A stretch of DNA of 64,000 nucleotides from Clostridia bacterium (GTDB lineage: Bacteria > Bacillota > Clostridia > Oscillospirales > CAG-382), in NCBI GenBank assembly GCA_017399965.1, contig JAFQAP010000018.1, positions 11,546 through 75,545 of the forward strand, in the 5' to 3' direction. Each line of letters begins with the position of its first letter. Positions within the stretch are counted from its first letter, which is position 1. The notes beneath the pieces are model-generated. The model was not told the origin of the DNA and did not search any database. It saw only the letters and a list, made by a program, of their open reading frames with translations. A program made the translations under genes and the position numbers. Shown one piece after another: positions 63,433 through 64,000 of this stretch.

Positions 63433-64000
63433 TTATTGCTTTTTCATCTGGCGAAGGAACATAAATACCGCAAGGGCGAAAAGACCTGCGGAATAGCCCA
63501 AGACCCACCATAAATGCGGGAATATGCCTGCAAAATCTCCCGAAAGCAGGGCCCTTTCCAGCTCTACAGCGTGAACGAAGGGAAGCGCGTACGCTATCTT
63601 TTTAAAGACACCGCCCACCAGATTCAGATCAAACCATATTCCTGCCAGCCACGCGGAAAGATTGGTAAGCAAGCCGCCGCATATACCGCCCACCTGCTTG
63701 TCGTTAAACACGCTTCCGCAAAGAAGCCCGATAGCGATATAAAGTACGGAAACGGGAATTATGAACAGCAAAGCATACAGTATATTTACGGTAATATCCA
63801 GCCCAAGGCATATTGCGGCTATATAGCAAACCGCGCTTTGCGCCACGGAAATGGGAATAATGGGCAAAGTATAGCCGAGAATAAAATCCAAAGGAGTGAG
63901 AGGTGTGGTGTACAACCGCTGAAGCAAAGCACTGCTTCTGTCCCTTGCGATAATGGTTGCGGAGAACAATGACATAAATGACAAACCGAAAACAGTAATG
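63433..64000 (-). CDS. ABC-2 type transporter permease, C-terminal part (5' end outside window)
   Basis: The reading frame stays open to the window edge. About 5 TM segments. Confidence 0.55.
   Translation of the reverse strand, partial: ITVFGLSFMSLFSATIIARDRSSALLQRLYTTPLTPLDFILGYTLPIIPISVAQSAVCYIAAICLGLDITVNILYALLFIIPVSVLYIAIGLLCGSVFNDKQVGGICGGLLTNLSAWLAGIWFDLNLVGGVFKKIAYALPFVHAVELERALLSGDFAGIFPHLWWVLGYSAGLFALAVFMFLRQMKKQ

Noticed and set aside
1-64000. Searched for prophage, transposon, integron or defence-island hallmarks, and for tRNA and rRNA genes.
   Set aside because: No integrase, transposase, recombinase, reverse transcriptase, nuclease/ATPase defence-type genes, terminal inverted repeats flanking gene blocks, or cloverleaf-like or rRNA-like sequences were recognised by eye.

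Overview
This is a 64-kb chromosomal segment that looks like a Gram-positive, probably spore-forming member of the Clostridia. That placement is an inference from GGAGG-type ribosome-binding sites (RBSs), a T-box leader, CotH and CotJC-like genes, DHHW proteins and a PPi-dependent phosphofructokinase; I could not run a taxonomy search. I call 62 protein-coding genes, 49 of them on the minus strand. I found no rRNA, tRNA, CRISPR array, transposase or integrase. Recognisable housekeeping genes include pepF (partial), pfp, trxA, upp plus a uracil permease, a T-box-controlled orphan trpB, a GH2 beta-galactosidase, M42 and M28 peptidases, a LOG-family protein, a Mn catalase, and MATE and MFS transporters. 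The accessory content is dominated by lipoproteins and surface proteins: two DHHW paralogs, a CotH-DUF4434-large discoidin-repeat trio, DUF5011 paralogs, a YD-repeat lipoprotein and a signal-less DUF11 protein. There are also five XRE-type regulators and a sigma factor with a long C-terminal extension. The most unusual observations are these. (1) A 183-bp mirror-symmetric array of unique mini-hairpins, punctuated by the octamer GTGAAGTT and its complement AACTTCAC, lies in the 3' region of the DUF11 gene. (2) A seven-gene DUF1836-NfeD-flotillin operon is extended by two IFITM/CD225-like small membrane proteins and two further membrane paralogs. The two CD225-like genes are preceded by a 70-nt promoter/leader block that is nearly identical (67/70) although their coding regions have diverged strongly. 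(3) A family of roughly 40-bp palindromic elements sits next to terminators and shows compensatory stem changes between copies. (4) An unannotated 38-aa Asn/Gln/Lys-rich ORF has its own RBS and terminator. All family assignments come from motifs read by eye; no database search was possible.
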